The position numbers were made by a program, and so were the translations under genes. From positions 1 to 45,448 of the forward strand of contig SLFZ01000041.1 in the NCBI GenBank assembly GCA_007123975.1: 45,448 nucleotides of DNA, read 5' to 3'. This document shows positions 9,247-19,648 of the stretch, in pieces (positions within the stretch are counted from its first letter, which is position 1; each line of letters starts with the position of its first letter). The stretch is from Candidatus Izemoplasma sp. (lineage in GTDB: Bacteria > Bacillota_I > Bacilli_A > Izemoplasmatales > Izemoplasmataceae). The notes beneath the pieces are model-generated. The model did not search any database, was not told the DNA's origin, and saw only the letters and a program-made list of their open reading frames with translations.

Positions 9247-10412
9247 TACTTATCAAAAATGCCACACTGCACACCATGGACACCATCAACGGCGAACGCG
9301 GATTCGTCGCCGTGAAAAACGGAAAAGTTGAGGCCGTCGGAAAAGGCGACCCCGCTGAGGCGTTTAAAGAATACCGCGTCATTGACGCCGATGGAAAGGT
9401 GGTCACCCCCGGGCTTGTCGATCCACACTGCCATATCGGCGTCATGGAAGAAGGCATTCAGTTTGAAGGCAACGACACCAACGAAATGACGCATCCAATT
9501 TATCCGGAACTGCGTGGCCTCGACAGCGTCTACCCGCACGATCGCGCCTTTGCCTATGCCGCAAAAAGCGGTGTGACCACGGTCGTGACAGGCCCCGGCA
9601 GTGCCAACGTCATCGGTGGGACGTTCACCGCGATTAAAACGATTGGAAACACCGTCGATGAGATGATGTTGAAAGAAGAAGTCTGCATGAAGATGGCCCT
9701 TGGCGAAAACCCCAAGCGGGTTTACTCGCAACAGAAAAAAGCACCCTCAACCCGCATGGCAAGCGCCGCACTCATGCGCGAGTGGCTTCAAAAAGCGCAA
9801 GAGTACCGCAGCCAACTCAAAGCCTTTGAAAACGGCGAAGAGGGCGCGAACAAACCGGCCTTCGACATGAAACTCCATAGCTTGATGCGTGTCTTTGATG
9901 GCATGCTTGTCAAGATACACGCGCATCGCAGCGACGACATCATGACGGCGATTCGCATCGCCAAAGAATTCAACCTCAACGCCACCATTGACCACGCCAC
10001 TGAAGCGTATTTAATCCCTGAAGCCGTGAAGGCAAGTGGTGTTCCCATCATTATCGGTCCGACCCTTGGCTACTCGTCAAAGTACGAGTTGATTCACCGC
10101 TCTTTCACCGCCGGCCGTGTGCTTGAAGAACACGACATTCCCTTCGCCCTAATGACCGACCACCCGGTGGTGACCGTCGATGTGACGATGGTGCATGCCG
10201 GTCTTTATGTCAAAGAAGGACTCAGCCGTCAAAGAGCGCTTGAGTCCGTCACCATCGACGCCGCCAAACTCAACGGCATCGATGACCGTGTGGGCTCGCT
10301 TAAAATAGGCAAAGACGCCGACATCGTCATCTGGGATGGCGATCCCTTTAGCTTGATGACACGGCCAGCCTTGGTTGTACTCGATGGCAACGTTGTCCAC
10401 GAAGCGAGTTAG
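9243..10412 (+). CDS. Amidohydrolase-family metal-dependent hydrolase
   Basis: N-terminal MILIKNATLHTMD...VIDADGKVVTPGLVDPHCHIG (H-x-H metal motif) and C-terminal GSLKIGKDADIVIWD. ATGA overlap with the upstream gene. Confidence 0.85.
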   Translation: MILIKNATLHTMDTINGERGFVAVKNGKVEAVGKGDPAEAFKEYRVIDADGKVVTPGLVDPHCHIGVMEEGIQFEGNDTNEMTHPIYPELRGLDSVYPHDRAFAYAAKSGVTTVVTGPGSANVIGGTFTAIKTIGNTVDEMMLKEEVCMKMALGENPKRVYSQQKKAPSTRMASAALMREWLQKAQEYRSQLKAFENGEEGANKPAFDMKLHSLMRVFDGMLVKIHAHRSDDIMTAIRIAKEFNLNATIDHATEAYLIPEAVKASGVPIIIGPTLGYSSKYELIHRSFTAGRVLEEHDIPFALMTDHPVVTVDVTMVHAGLYVKEGLSRQRALESVTIDAAKLNGIDDRVGSLKIGKDADIVIWDGDPFSLMTRPALVVLDGNVVHEAS

Positions 10413-10418
10413 ATAGCT

Positions 10419-10985
10419 ATGCTGGAACCTGTCTATGTGCTTCTGAATTCATTTTGGATTCCTTCATCGCCGTTTTGGGTATACCTGCTCATCTTCGTCG
10501 TCAAAATCATCGAAGTGGCGATGGCCATCGTGCGGATTGTGCTAATTACCAAAGGGGAGAAGATGCTCGGTTCAATCATCGGTTTCTTCGAGGTCGTGAT
10601 TTGGGTGATCATTGTCGCCAGCGTCTTAAGCAACATCACCGAAGACCCCTATCAGGTGATCGTATACGCCGCGGCGTTCGCCATCGGAAACTACCTTGGC
10701 AGCATCGTTGAGAGCAAGATTGCCCTTGGCAGCGTCAACATCCAAGCCATTGTCAAAAAAATCCACGGCAAGAAACTGTCCAGTGAGTTGCGTCAAATCG
10801 GTCTTGCTGTTACGGCAGTCGATGCCTACGGTCGCGACGACCGCAAAGAAATCCTTTACATGCATGTGCCACGCCGCAACATCGAAAAAACCATCAACCT
10901 CATCAAGTCCTTTCAAAAAGATGTGGTCATCAGCGTCAACGACATCCGTCCGATGTATGGTGGTCATGGTATATTGCGTAAATAA
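10419..10985 (+). CDS. UPF0316 family membrane protein (DUF2179 C-terminal domain, YebE-like)
   Basis: Three N-terminal TM helices (VKIIEVAMAIVRIVLITKGEK motif) plus a soluble C-terminal domain, at about the length I recall for UPF0316 proteins. Confidence 0.75.
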   Translation: MLEPVYVLLNSFWIPSSPFWVYLLIFVVKIIEVAMAIVRIVLITKGEKMLGSIIGFFEVVIWVIIVASVLSNITEDPYQVIVYAAAFAIGNYLGSIVESKIALGSVNIQAIVKKIHGKKLSSELRQIGLAVTAVDAYGRDDRKEILYMHVPRRNIEKTINLIKSFQKDVVISVNDIRPMYGGHGILRK

Positions 10986-10989
10986 GACC

Positions 10990-11018
10990 AACCGCCCCCA
11001 CGTGAGGGCGGTTTTTTC
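10990..11018 (+). terminator. Rho-independent terminator
   Basis: AACCGCCC (10990-10997) pairs with GGGCGGTT (11006-11013), then TTTTTT. Confidence 0.85.
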
Positions 11019-11123
11019 TTGCATGCGAATGGTTGCGCTTAATGAATGAAGCGATTTGTGTTGTGTAATCGCTTACTTCTAACCTACAATAGAAGTATAG
11101 GCTCGACGAAAGGTGCGATCTTG

Positions 11124-11708
11124 ATGTTGCTTGGATTGTTTTCTGTGTTCACAGGCACAGCGCTTCTTTACTTAGCATACAATCTCGCTGAAGATGGTGG
11201 GTTGAACGCCAGCCTGACGATTATCGGCCCGGTTGTGCTTTTGTTTGGTGCCCGCATCACCTATGTTGATGCGAAAGCTTACATGGCATACCGACGTGCT
11301 GTGCGAACGTACTTAAACGGACCAGACGCTGGCCATGTCTATCCGCCGGATGATATCGTTCACCATCGCCGTGTACGCCAGGTGATGCTCGAAGGCATTC
11401 ACAACGGCACGATTCGCCAAAGCAACAAGGGTCTTAACCCAACCATTGCCTTCGACCGGAGACGGCATAAACTCATTCTCTTTCATATTTTGTTTTCGCC
11501 CGATAACGACTACAAGATGTACCGTCGCTGGCGACGTACCTATCAGACCATTGATCAAGCGACCCGCGCCGCCATCGAAACAGAAGCTAAGGTTTTTCAC
11601 ACGGTTGACCACCAGCCCAAATACGTGCATCGCACGAACGAAGCAATTCATACACACCAAAGAAACACACCATGGTGTCTGATTTGGTCAGGTTTGGGAG
11701 CTCCTTAG
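11124..11708 (+). CDS. Hypothetical protein with two N-terminal TM helices and a His/Arg-rich basic tail
   Basis: The only long ORF in a 0.8-kb gap. The ATG at 11124 follows GAAAGGTG. No recognisable family, and coding status is not certain. Confidence 0.45.
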   Translation: MLLGLFSVFTGTALLYLAYNLAEDGGLNASLTIIGPVVLLFGARITYVDAKAYMAYRRAVRTYLNGPDAGHVYPPDDIVHHRRVRQVMLEGIHNGTIRQSNKGLNPTIAFDRRRHKLILFHILFSPDNDYKMYRRWRRTYQTIDQATRAAIETEAKVFHTVDHQPKYVHRTNEAIHTHQRNTPWCLIWSGLGAP

Positions 11709-11842
11709 GCAGACCAACGCAAAGCAAAAACCCTAGTAATCGCCCTCAACATCTTAAGGACTGGGCGACAACACTATACATACACACGCAAATGTGTTAT
11801 TATAATTAATTGTAGAAAAGATAAGAGAAGAGAGGAAAAGAA

Positions 11843-14032
11843 ATGTCAGAAGCCAAAATTTACACGATGGACTTCAACGGCCGGAAGCTCAGCGTTGAAA
11901 TCGGTGGCGTCGCCAAACAAGCGACGGCAGCCGCAATCATCCGTTACGATGACACTGCGGTTCTCAGCGTCACACAGGCATCAAAAAAGCCTGCGGACCT
12001 CGATTTCTTCCCGCTTCACGTGATGTACACCGAGAAGCTGTATGCGGCCGGAAAAATCCCGGGGGGATTTTTCAAGCGTGAGGGAAGGCCTTCGGAACAG
12101 GAGACGCTCACCGCACGGTTAATCGACCGTCCGCTGCGCCCGTTGTTTCCGGATGGATTCCGTAACGATGTTCAAATCATCAACACCGTATTATCGGGGA
12201 ACTACGACCGCACACCGCCACTAACGGCGATGTTTGGAAGCAGCTTGACGCTTGCGTTAAGCCCGATGCCGTTCGGCGGACCAATCGCCGGCGTACACGT
12301 CGGACGCGTCGATGGAGAACTCATCCTTAACCCGACCGAGGAAGAACTGGAAAACTCAGACATCGACCTCATTGTGGCAGGAACCAAACACGCCATCAAC
12401 ATGGTCGAAGCCGGCGCCAAGCAAGTCTCGGAAGCCGACATGCTTGATGCGATGCTCTTCGGACACGACTGGATTAAGAAACTGGTCGCGTTTCAAGAAG
12501 AAATCATCGCCGAACTCGGTCAAGACAAAATCACCTACGAACCACCGATGCTCGATGAAGAAATTAAACAGTACATCGACGAAGAAGCTCGTGAGAACCT
12601 CATTCAAGCCGCCCGCATCGCCAATCGCGATGAACGGTCTGTCGCCTTTGACGCGATTCACACCGTCATTGATGAAGGCCTTGAAAACAAGTATGCAGAC
12701 CTCGACAAAGAGGACTTTGCGAAAAAACGCAAAGAAACCAAGAAGTACATGGACGACATCGTCAAAGAAGAGGTACGTCGTCGCATCGTCGAAGAGAAAG
12801 TTCGTCCCGATGGACGCCCGCTCAACGAAGTGCGCACATTAACCTCCGAAGTCGATCTGTTTGAACTCACCCACGGCAGTGCCATGTTTACCCGCGGTCA
12901 AACGCAAGCGCTCTCGATTACCACACTCGGCGCTCGCGGTGAGTACCAAATCATCGATGGCCTCACCGATGTCGAAAACAAACGCTTTATGTTGCACTAT
13001 AACTTCCCGCCCTACAGCGTCGGGGAAAATGGTCGCTACGGACCACCGGGACGACGCGAAATCGGTCATGGTGCGCTCGGCGAACGCGCGCTTGCGCAAG
13101 TCATGCCGAACGAAGAAGACTTCCCTTACACCGTTCGGGTCGTATCGGAAATCCTCGAAAGCAACGGCTCAACCTCACAAGCTTCCATCTGTGCAGGCTG
13201 CATGAGTTTGATGGCCGCTGGTGTGCCACTTCAGGCGCCGGTTGCGGGCATCGCGATGGGCTTAATTAAAGAAGGCGACATCAACCGCGTGCTGACCGAC
13301 ATCCAAGGACTCGAAGATCACCTCGGTGACATGGACTTCAAAGTCGCCGGATCCAAAGATGGCATCACAGCCCTTCAAATGGACATCAAGATTGACGGCT
13401 TAAGCCGTGAAATTCTTGAAGAAGCCCTCGAAGAAGCTCGTCTTGCACGTCTCAAAGTGCTTGAGAACATGCTTGCAACAATCCCTGAACCGCGTCCGGA
13501 AGTGTCCAAACATGCACCGAAGGTCAAAGTCATGGTCATCGATCCAGAAAAAATCCGTGACGTCATCGGTCCAGGTGGAAAAATCATCTCGAAAATCATC
13601 GACGACTGCGACAACGTCAGCATCGACATTGAACAAGATGGTCAAGTCACCATCATGCACACCGAAATGGACCCAATCTATTGCGCGATGAAGCGCATCG
13701 AAGAGCTGGTTCGTGTCGCTGAAATCGGAGAAGTTTACGACGGAAAAGTCGTTCGCATCGAGAAGTTCGGCTGCTTTATCGAACTGTGGAAAGGCACCGA
13801 TGGGCTCTGCCATATCTCCAAACTCGCCCACGAGCGCGTCAACCGCGTCGAAGACGTGGTCAAGCTCGGCGATAAAGTTAAAGTCAAGGTCATCGGCATC
13901 GACGACCGTGGACGCATCGACTTGTCACGCAAAGCCGTGATTCCGCGTCCCGAAGGCATGCCTGAACGCGATGACAAACCCAAAGGCAACCCGCGTCCGC
14001 GACGTCCTCGTCGCGAACAAGACAAAAAATAG
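11843..14032 (+). CDS. pnp: Polyribonucleotide nucleotidyltransferase (PNPase)
   Basis: Two RNase PH domains plus KH plus S1 (GEVYDGKVVRIEKFGCFIEL). Strongly conserved throughout. AGAGAGGAAAAG RBS. Confidence 0.97.
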   Translation: MSEAKIYTMDFNGRKLSVEIGGVAKQATAAAIIRYDDTAVLSVTQASKKPADLDFFPLHVMYTEKLYAAGKIPGGFFKREGRPSEQETLTARLIDRPLRPLFPDGFRNDVQIINTVLSGNYDRTPPLTAMFGSSLTLALSPMPFGGPIAGVHVGRVDGELILNPTEEELENSDIDLIVAGTKHAINMVEAGAKQVSEADMLDAMLFGHDWIKKLVAFQEEIIAELGQDKITYEPPMLDEEIKQYIDEEARENLIQAARIANRDERSVAFDAIHTVIDEGLENKYADLDKEDFAKKRKETKKYMDDIVKEEVRRRIVEEKVRPDGRPLNEVRTLTSEVDLFELTHGSAMFTRGQTQALSITTLGARGEYQIIDGLTDVENKRFMLHYNFPPYSVGENGRYGPPGRREIGHGALGERALAQVMPNEEDFPYTVRVVSEILESNGSTSQASICAGCMSLMAAGVPLQAPVAGIAMGLIKEGDINRVLTDIQGLEDHLGDMDFKVAGSKDGITALQMDIKIDGLSREILEEALEEARLARLKVLENMLATIPEPRPEVSKHAPKVKVMVIDPEKIRDVIGPGGKIISKIIDDCDNVSIDIEQDGQVTIMHTEMDPIYCAMKRIEELVRVAEIGEVYDGKVVRIEKFGCFIELWKGTDGLCHISKLAHERVNRVEDVVKLGDKVKVKVIGIDDRGRIDLSRKAVIPRPEGMPERDDKPKGNPRPRRPRREQDKK

Positions 14033-14040
14033 TTTTTAAA

Positions 14041-14390
14041 CTGCGTTTTTGACAATCGAGCTCGTCTTCGGACGGGTTAGGAAAGTCCATGCTAGCACGG
14101 GCTGTGATGCCCGTAGTGATTGCGCTGGCGGAAACCATAACGCCAGGCACCCGGAAGGGTGACGGCTGGGATGGCACCCCTTTGGGGTGTCGGACCCTTT
14201 AAAAGTGCCACAGTGACGATGCCAGGGAGCAATCCCCGGAGTGGAACGGGTAAACCCCGCAAGCTAGAAACCCAAAATATGGTAGGGGCGCCCTTCAACG
14301 GGAAACGAACCGACGAAGGGGCGGTCTATGACCGCAGATAAATGATTGTCGCCTGAAAAGGCACAGAACATGGCTTATGAAAACGTGGTT
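14041..14390 (+). ncRNA. rnpB: RNase P RNA, type B (Bacillus-type)
   Basis: Matches conserved blocks of B. subtilis RNase P RNA: AGGAAAGTCCATGCTAGCACGG, GTGCCACAGTGACGA, AGTGGAACGGGTAAACCCC, GAAACCCAAAATATGGTAGGGG, AGATAAATGATTGTCGCCTGA and ACAGAACATGGCTTA. P1 pairs 14044-14050 with 14379-14385. Ends are approximate, within about 5 nt. Confidence 0.9.
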
Positions 14391-14393
14391 TCA

Positions 14394-14417
14394 AAAGGCG
14401 CCTTTAGGCGCCTTTTT
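14394..14417 (+). terminator. rnpB rho-independent terminator
   Basis: AAAGGCGCC (14394-14402), loop TTTA, GGCGCCTTT (14407-14415), T-run. Confidence 0.8.
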
Positions 14418-14440
14418 CATCGAGTTTTCACCAGTCATAA

Positions 14441-14469
14441 TTGCATTAAAGGCTGCGATAGTGTACAAT
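14441..14469 (+). promoter_or_regulatory. Candidate lepA promoter
   Basis: TTGCAT (14441-14446), 17-nt spacer, TACAAT (14464-14469). Confidence 0.55.
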
Positions 14470-14497
14470 TATTTAAGGCGTTGAAAGGAAGATACAG

Positions 14498-16330
14498 ATG
14501 GCCGATAAAACACAGATATCAGCGCTGAAAGAACGACAAAAGCGCATTCGAAATTTTTCCATCATCGCGCACATCGACCACGGGAAAAGCACCCTTGCCG
14601 ATCGCATATTGGAACACACCAAATCGATTACCGCACGGGAGATGCGCGAACAGCTGCTTGACTCGATGGACCTCGAACGTGAGCGCGGCATCACCATCAA
14701 GCTGAACGCGGTGGAAATCAACCACGTTCATCACGATGGAAACACCTACGTGTTTCACTTGATTGACACGCCGGGTCACGTCGACTTTACCTACGAAGTC
14801 TCGCGCAGCCTCGCCGCCTGTGAAGGCGCGCTTTTGGTCGTTGACGCCGCCCAAGGCATCGAAGCACAAACCCTCGCCAACGTCTATCTCGCCATCGACA
14901 ACGACCTAGAGATTATTCCTGTCATCAACAAAATCGACCTTCCCGCCGCCGATGTTGAAAAAGTTCGTAAAGACATCGAAGATGTGATTGGCCTCGACGC
15001 ATCAAACGCGGTGCTGACGAGCGCGAAGGAAGGCATTGGCATCGAAGCCATCATCGATCGCCTCGTCACCGATATTCCATCACCGCAAGGTGACCCCGAA
15101 AAACCGCTAAAAGCCCTTATCTTTGACTCGTTTTACGACCCGTATCGCGGCATTGTGCCATCCATCCGAATCATCGATGGCACCGTCAGCAAAGGCGACA
15201 TTATTAAAATCATGTCCACCGGAAAAACGTTCGAAGTGTCTGAAGTTGGTGTCACCACACCCAAGCAGAGTCCACGCGACGTTCTCGGACCGGGTGATGT
15301 CGGTTACCTGACTGCCTCCATCAAGAACGCCTCCGACGTACGCGTCGGCGACACCATCACCTTGAAAAAACCAGCGGCCGACAAGCCGCTTCCCGGCTAT
15401 CGTTCGCTCAACCCAATGGTGTATTGCGGACTGTTTCCGATAGACTCAAATGACTATAACGATCTTCGTGAAGCGCTGGATCGCTTGAAACTTAACGACG
15501 CCAGCCTCATCTACGAACCTGAAAATTCACAAGCCTTGGGTTTTGGTTTTCGCTCAGGCTTCCTAGGCATGTTGCACATGGAAATTATCCAAGAGCGCAT
15601 TGAGCGTGAGTTCAAGATTGACCTGATTGCCACCGCGCCGAGCGTGGTCTATAACGTCCACCTCACCGACGGCACGATGCAGCGCATAGACAACCCTTCC
15701 TTGATGCCTGAAACACAGCACATCGACCGGATTGAAGAACCTTTTGTCGAGGCAACGCTCCTAACACCCAAAGAATACGTCGGAAACATCATGGAACTTT
15801 GCCAAAGCAAGCGCGGACGATTTCAAACGATGAAATACTTAGGAGATGCTCGGGTTCAACTCATCTACCACATGCCTTTGCTTGAGATTGTGTATGATTT
15901 CTTTGACAAACTCAAATCCCAAAGCAAAGGGTACGCATCACTCGACTATGAGTTTCATAGCTACCAACCCAGCAAACTCGTCAAGATGGACATCTTAATC
16001 AACGGCCAACCCGTCGACGCGTTGTCGATGATTGTGCACCGTGATTTCGCCTATCGTCGCGGGAAAGCAATCACCGAAAAACTTAAAGACTTGATTCCGA
16101 GGCACATGTTTGAAGTGCCCGTACAGGCTGCCATTCAGAATAAAATCATCGCCCGAAGCACCATCCGCGCGATGCGCAAAAACGTCATCGCCAAGTGCTA
16201 TGGCGGCGACGTCAGCCGTAAGAAGAAGCTGCTTGAAAAGCAAAAAGAAGGTAAAAAACGCATGAAGAGCGTCGGCAACGTCGACGTGCCGCAAGAAGCG
16301 TTTTTGACCGTGCTTTCGCTTGACGACTGA
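14498..16330 (+). CDS. lepA: Translation elongation factor 4 (LepA)
   Basis: [21 protein letters not shown]-domain and the LepA-specific C-terminal domain ([14 protein letters not shown]). Confidence 0.97.
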   Translation: MADKTQISALKERQKRIRNFSIIAHIDHGKSTLADRILEHTKSITAREMREQLLDSMDLERERGITIKLNAVEINHVHHDGNTYVFHLIDTPGHVDFTYEVSRSLAACEGALLVVDAAQGIEAQTLANVYLAIDNDLEIIPVINKIDLPAADVEKVRKDIEDVIGLDASNAVLTSAKEGIGIEAIIDRLVTDIPSPQGDPEKPLKALIFDSFYDPYRGIVPSIRIIDGTVSKGDIIKIMSTGKTFEVSEVGVTTPKQSPRDVLGPGDVGYLTASIKNASDVRVGDTITLKKPAADKPLPGYRSLNPMVYCGLFPIDSNDYNDLREALDRLKLNDASLIYEPENSQALGFGFRSGFLGMLHMEIIQERIEREFKIDLIATAPSVVYNVHLTDGTMQRIDNPSLMPETQHIDRIEEPFVEATLLTPKEYVGNIMELCQSKRGRFQTMKYLGDARVQLIYHMPLLEIVYDFFDKLKSQSKGYASLDYEFHSYQPSKLVKMDILINGQPVDALSMIVHRDFAYRRGKAITEKLKDLIPRHMFEVPVQAAIQNKIIARSTIRAMRKNVIAKCYGGDVSRKKKLLEKQKEGKKRMKSVGNVDVPQEAFLTVLSLDD

Positions 16331-16334
16331 TCAC

Positions 16335-16361
16335 GGCATCCCTGCTTGGGATGCCTTTTTT
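16335..16361 (+). terminator. lepA rho-independent terminator
   Basis: GGCATCCC (16335-16342) pairs with GGGATGCC (16348-16355), then TTTTTT. Confidence 0.85.
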
Positions 16362-16407
16362 CACCGTATTAAGCCGTTTGTATGATACAATATAACCAGG
16401 TGATGGC

Positions 16408-17514
16408 ATGAAAGGACTCTACGTGCACATACCGTTTTGTCGGGCGATATGCACTTATTGCGATTTCATCAAGGAAGTCGCAAAACCCGAGAAACAGACG
16501 CGTTACATCAACGCGCTCATTGCTGAAGTTACCATGGCCGCTTCGCGTCTATCAGGGGTCACAACCCTTTATGTCGGCGGTGGAACACCGTCGCTTTTGA
16601 AAGAGGGTGACCTCCACGCGCTTTTTCAAGCGATCTATGCCATCGTGCCGCGCACACAACTGCACGAAGTGACCATCGAAGCCAACCCCGAAGACATCAC
16701 AGCGTCAAAGGCAAAGTTGTTTAAGAGCCTCGGCATCAACCGTGTCTCTCTCGGCGTGCAAACGTTCAATGACGCTTTGTTGGGGTTTTTGAGACGCACG
16801 CACAAGCGTGATGATGTGAAGCACGCCGTGAACCATCTTAAAACGCACGGCATTGATAACCTCAACATCGACATGATTTTTGCGATACCTGCTCAGGATG
16901 AGGCCATCCTTAACGATGACCTCAAAACCCTTATCGAGCTCAACCCCGATCACATTTCGGCATACAGCCTCATCGTCGAAGAGGGCACGAGGCTAAAAAC
17001 CTTGATAGACAAAGGTGAGGTCACGCCAACCGATGAGGACACCGAAGCGAAGATGTTTGAAACGGTCATGGATACCCTAACCAATGCGGGTTACACTCAC
17101 TACGAAGTCAGCAACTTCGCCAGGCCGAACCGCCAATCCATCCACAACCGAATTTACTGGGAAAACGGTGAGTACATCGGGCTTGGCGTCGCTGCGCATG
17201 GCCATGAAAAGGGCCGCCGCATCGCCAACACCGCACGCGTTAAAGACTACATAGAACGCCTTGAATGCGGGCGTTCACCAATCGTGTTCGACGAACCGGA
17301 TGAAGGATTAAAAGATAGCTTGCTGATGGGGCTTCGCCTTCGCGAAGGCGTGTCGCTTGCGACGCTTAAAGCCCGCCATGGAACCGATGTGTTCACACAA
17401 TACCCGGAACTTAAAACCGCCCAGGATAACGGCCTCGTCGAAGTGGTCGAGGGAAACCTCCGACTGACGAGAAGAGGGGTGCTGCTGGGCAACGAAGTCT
17501 TTATGATATTTTGA
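16408..17514 (+). CDS. hemW: Radical SAM heme chaperone HemW (HemN-like, oxygen-independent coproporphyrinogen oxidase family)
   Basis: LYVHIPFCRAICTYCDF is the CxxxCxxC radical SAM motif. lepA-hemN/hemW order is typical of Firmicutes. TGaTACAAT at 16383-16391 lies upstream. Confidence 0.9.
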   Translation: MKGLYVHIPFCRAICTYCDFIKEVAKPEKQTRYINALIAEVTMAASRLSGVTTLYVGGGTPSLLKEGDLHALFQAIYAIVPRTQLHEVTIEANPEDITASKAKLFKSLGINRVSLGVQTFNDALLGFLRRTHKRDDVKHAVNHLKTHGIDNLNIDMIFAIPAQDEAILNDDLKTLIELNPDHISAYSLIVEEGTRLKTLIDKGEVTPTDEDTEAKMFETVMDTLTNAGYTHYEVSNFARPNRQSIHNRIYWENGEYIGLGVAAHGHEKGRRIANTARVKDYIERLECGRSPIVFDEPDEGLKDSLLMGLRLREGVSLATLKARHGTDVFTQYPELKTAQDNGLVEVVEGNLRLTRRGVLLGNEVFMIF

Positions 17515-17522
17515 GGTGAACG

Positions 17523-18422
17523 ATGCTTACGAGATTGTTGAAAGAGTACGAATATGAGTTAAAAGCCTCACACGCGCTCTCGAAGAATTCCGTGAGCGCC
17601 TACATGAGCGATCTTTCAGCGTACGTTACCTACCTCGAAGCACGCGACATCACGAAGCCCGAGACCATCACAAAAACCCATGTTCAGAACTATTTAATGA
17701 CGCTACGTAAAAAACACGTTGCCGCCTCAAGCGTGAACCGCAAACTAAGCGCCATCAACAAGTTCCATCATTTCATGGTCGAAGAGAAACTCGTCGACGA
17801 CAACATCATCCTCGCCATTCGCCGTCCAAAACGGGCGAAAAAGCTTCCCGCCGTGCTGAGCGTCGAAGAAATAGAAGCGCTGCTGGAAGCGGCGCAAGGC
17901 ACAAGCGCTCTTGCAAGACGAAACGTCGCCATGGTGGAACTCCTCTATGGGTCCGGTTTACGGATCGGCGAGTTGATCGCCCTGCAAATTGACGACCTTC
18001 ACATCAACATGGGATTTATCAACGTCACCGGCAAAGGCGGTGTAGAACGGATTGTGCCAATAGGAACCGAGGCCGCTTCGGCACTCAAACGATACCTCGA
18101 AGCGGGGCGACCGACCTTGCTAAAAGCGCCGACACCCCACGTCTTTTTAAACCGACATGGTCGACCCATCGGTCGGGTTGGATTTTACAAAATCCTTAAG
18201 GCCATCGCCAGCGACGCCGGCATTGAAAAAGACGTCAGTCCCCACACCTTGAGGCACAGTTTTGCCACCCACTTGTTAGAAAACGGAGTCGATCTTCGCT
18301 ACGTTCAAGAAATGCTTGGGCATCGCGATGTATCGACCACAGAAATTTACACCCACATCAACCGCAAACAACTGATCGCGGTTTATGACGCGTATCATCC
18401 GCATGCAAAAACCAAGGAGTGA
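17523..18422 (+). CDS. xerD: Tyrosine recombinase XerD
   Basis: Catalytic R ([12 protein letters not shown]), [12 protein letters not shown] and [13 protein letters not shown] (H-x-x-R, H, Y). The xerD-deoB order matches B. subtilis ripX-drm. Confidence 0.85.
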   Translation: MLTRLLKEYEYELKASHALSKNSVSAYMSDLSAYVTYLEARDITKPETITKTHVQNYLMTLRKKHVAASSVNRKLSAINKFHHFMVEEKLVDDNIILAIRRPKRAKKLPAVLSVEEIEALLEAAQGTSALARRNVAMVELLYGSGLRIGELIALQIDDLHINMGFINVTGKGGVERIVPIGTEAASALKRYLEAGRPTLLKAPTPHVFLNRHGRPIGRVGFYKILKAIASDAGIEKDVSPHTLRHSFATHLLENGVDLRYVQEMLGHRDVSTTEIYTHINRKQLIAVYDAYHPHAKTKE

Positions 18423-18427
18423 TGAAC

Positions 18428-19603
18428 ATGTACGAACGAATTTTCCTCATTGTCATCGACAGCGTTGGCATCGGTGAGATGCCGGATGCCGCCGAATACG
18501 GTGACGCCGGCGCCAACACCTTAAAAAACTTGGCCGCCGCCACCGGAGGGATTGCTTTGCCCACGATGGAAAAACTCGGCATCGGCAATCTCACGGATAT
18601 TCACGGTGTGAACCCGATGAAAAAAGCGCTCGGGTACTATGGAAAAATGGCCGAGTTAAGCGTCGGAAAAGATACGATGACAGGCCATTGGGAACTGATG
18701 GGTCTTCATGTGACCGAGCCTTTCCAAACGTTCACCGAGACAGGGTTCCCCGAAGCGCTAATCGATGAACTCTCGCGCCGGACCGGTCGCGCCATCGTCG
18801 GCAACAAAGCCGCCAGCGGCACCGAGATCCTCGATGAACTCGGCGAACATCAACTGAAAACCGGAGACCTCATCGTCTACACCAGCGCCGACAGCGTTTT
18901 GCAGATTGCTGCGCATGAAGAAAAGGTCGGACTGGATGCCTTGTACGAGGCATGCGAAATCGCGCGAGAACTGACGATGGATGAACGATACAAAGTGGGA
19001 CGCGTCATCGCCCGGCCGTTCATCGGCGAGAAAAAAGGCGCGTTCAAGCGCACGGCTAACCGCCGCGATTACGCGTTAAAGCCTTTTGCGAAAACCACGC
19101 TCGACCACCTCAAAGCGGCCGGCAAAGACGTCGTCGCGTTTGGAAAAATCAACGATATCTACGATGGCGAAGGCATCACCGAAAGCCATAAACAAAAAAA
19201 CAACGAGGAAGGCATGGAAAACGTCATTGCCTATGCGCGCCGTTCGTTTGAAGGCTTGGCCTTCTTGAACCTCGTTGATTTTGATGCGCTCTACGGCCAC
19301 CGTCGCGACCCGGAAGGCTATAAACAAGCCCTCGAAACGTTTGACGGGCAGCTTGCAGACTTAATCGACGTGCTCGGTGAGCGTGATCTGCTCATCGTCA
19401 CCGCCGACCACGGTAACGACCCTACGCACACCGGAACCGACCACACCCGTGAGTACGTGCCTTTGTTGGTATATAACGCTCGGTTTAAAGGCGGAGCGCT
19501 CACGATGCGTGAGACGTTTGCGGACGTTGCTGCCACGATCGCCGAGGTGTTTAATATCCAAGCACCGAACATTGGAACGAGTTTCCTCAAAAGCCTCAAA
19601 TAA
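18428..19603 (+). CDS. deoB: Phosphopentomutase
   Basis: [21 protein letters not shown]... and ...TADHGNDPT are phosphopentomutase signatures. The ATG at 18428 lies 8 nt after AAGGAG; the track GTG at 18419 is inside the RBS. Confidence 0.93.
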   Translation: MYERIFLIVIDSVGIGEMPDAAEYGDAGANTLKNLAAATGGIALPTMEKLGIGNLTDIHGVNPMKKALGYYGKMAELSVGKDTMTGHWELMGLHVTEPFQTFTETGFPEALIDELSRRTGRAIVGNKAASGTEILDELGEHQLKTGDLIVYTSADSVLQIAAHEEKVGLDALYEACEIARELTMDERYKVGRVIARPFIGEKKGAFKRTANRRDYALKPFAKTTLDHLKAAGKDVVAFGKINDIYDGEGITESHKQKNNEEGMENVIAYARRSFEGLAFLNLVDFDALYGHRRDPEGYKQALETFDGQLADLIDVLGERDLLIVTADHGNDPTHTGTDHTREYVPLLVYNARFKGGALTMRETFADVAATIAEVFNIQAPNIGTSFLKSLK

Positions 19604-19605
19604 AA

Positions 19606-19648
19606 AAGGCCTTCCCAATCGCTTAAGGCGATCAGGGAAGGCTTTTTT
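19606..19648. terminator. Bidirectional terminator shared by deoB (+) and the coiled-coil operon (-)
   Basis: GGCCTTCCC (19608-19616) pairs with GGGAAGGC (19635-19642), flanked by A-run and T-run. It lies between convergent stops. Confidence 0.8.

Noticed and set aside
14048-14053. A perfect TTGACA hexamer just after the pnp stop, as a possible rnpB promoter
   Set aside because: It lies inside the predicted P1/5' region of rnpB itself, and no -10 element follows at the correct spacing.
14092-14528. Three 60-68-aa ORFs between pnp and lepA
   Set aside because: They overlap the RNase P RNA gene, its terminator and the lepA promoter. The conserved rnpB sequence blocks explain the region.
17523-18422. 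Tyrosine recombinase as a marker of an integrated mobile element carrying the coiled-coil genes
   Set aside because: The sequence and its hemW-xerD-deoB context fit the housekeeping XerD. No flanking direct repeats, tRNA target, excisionase or phage/ICE genes are present, and the coiled-coil operon is separated from it by deoB and a terminator.
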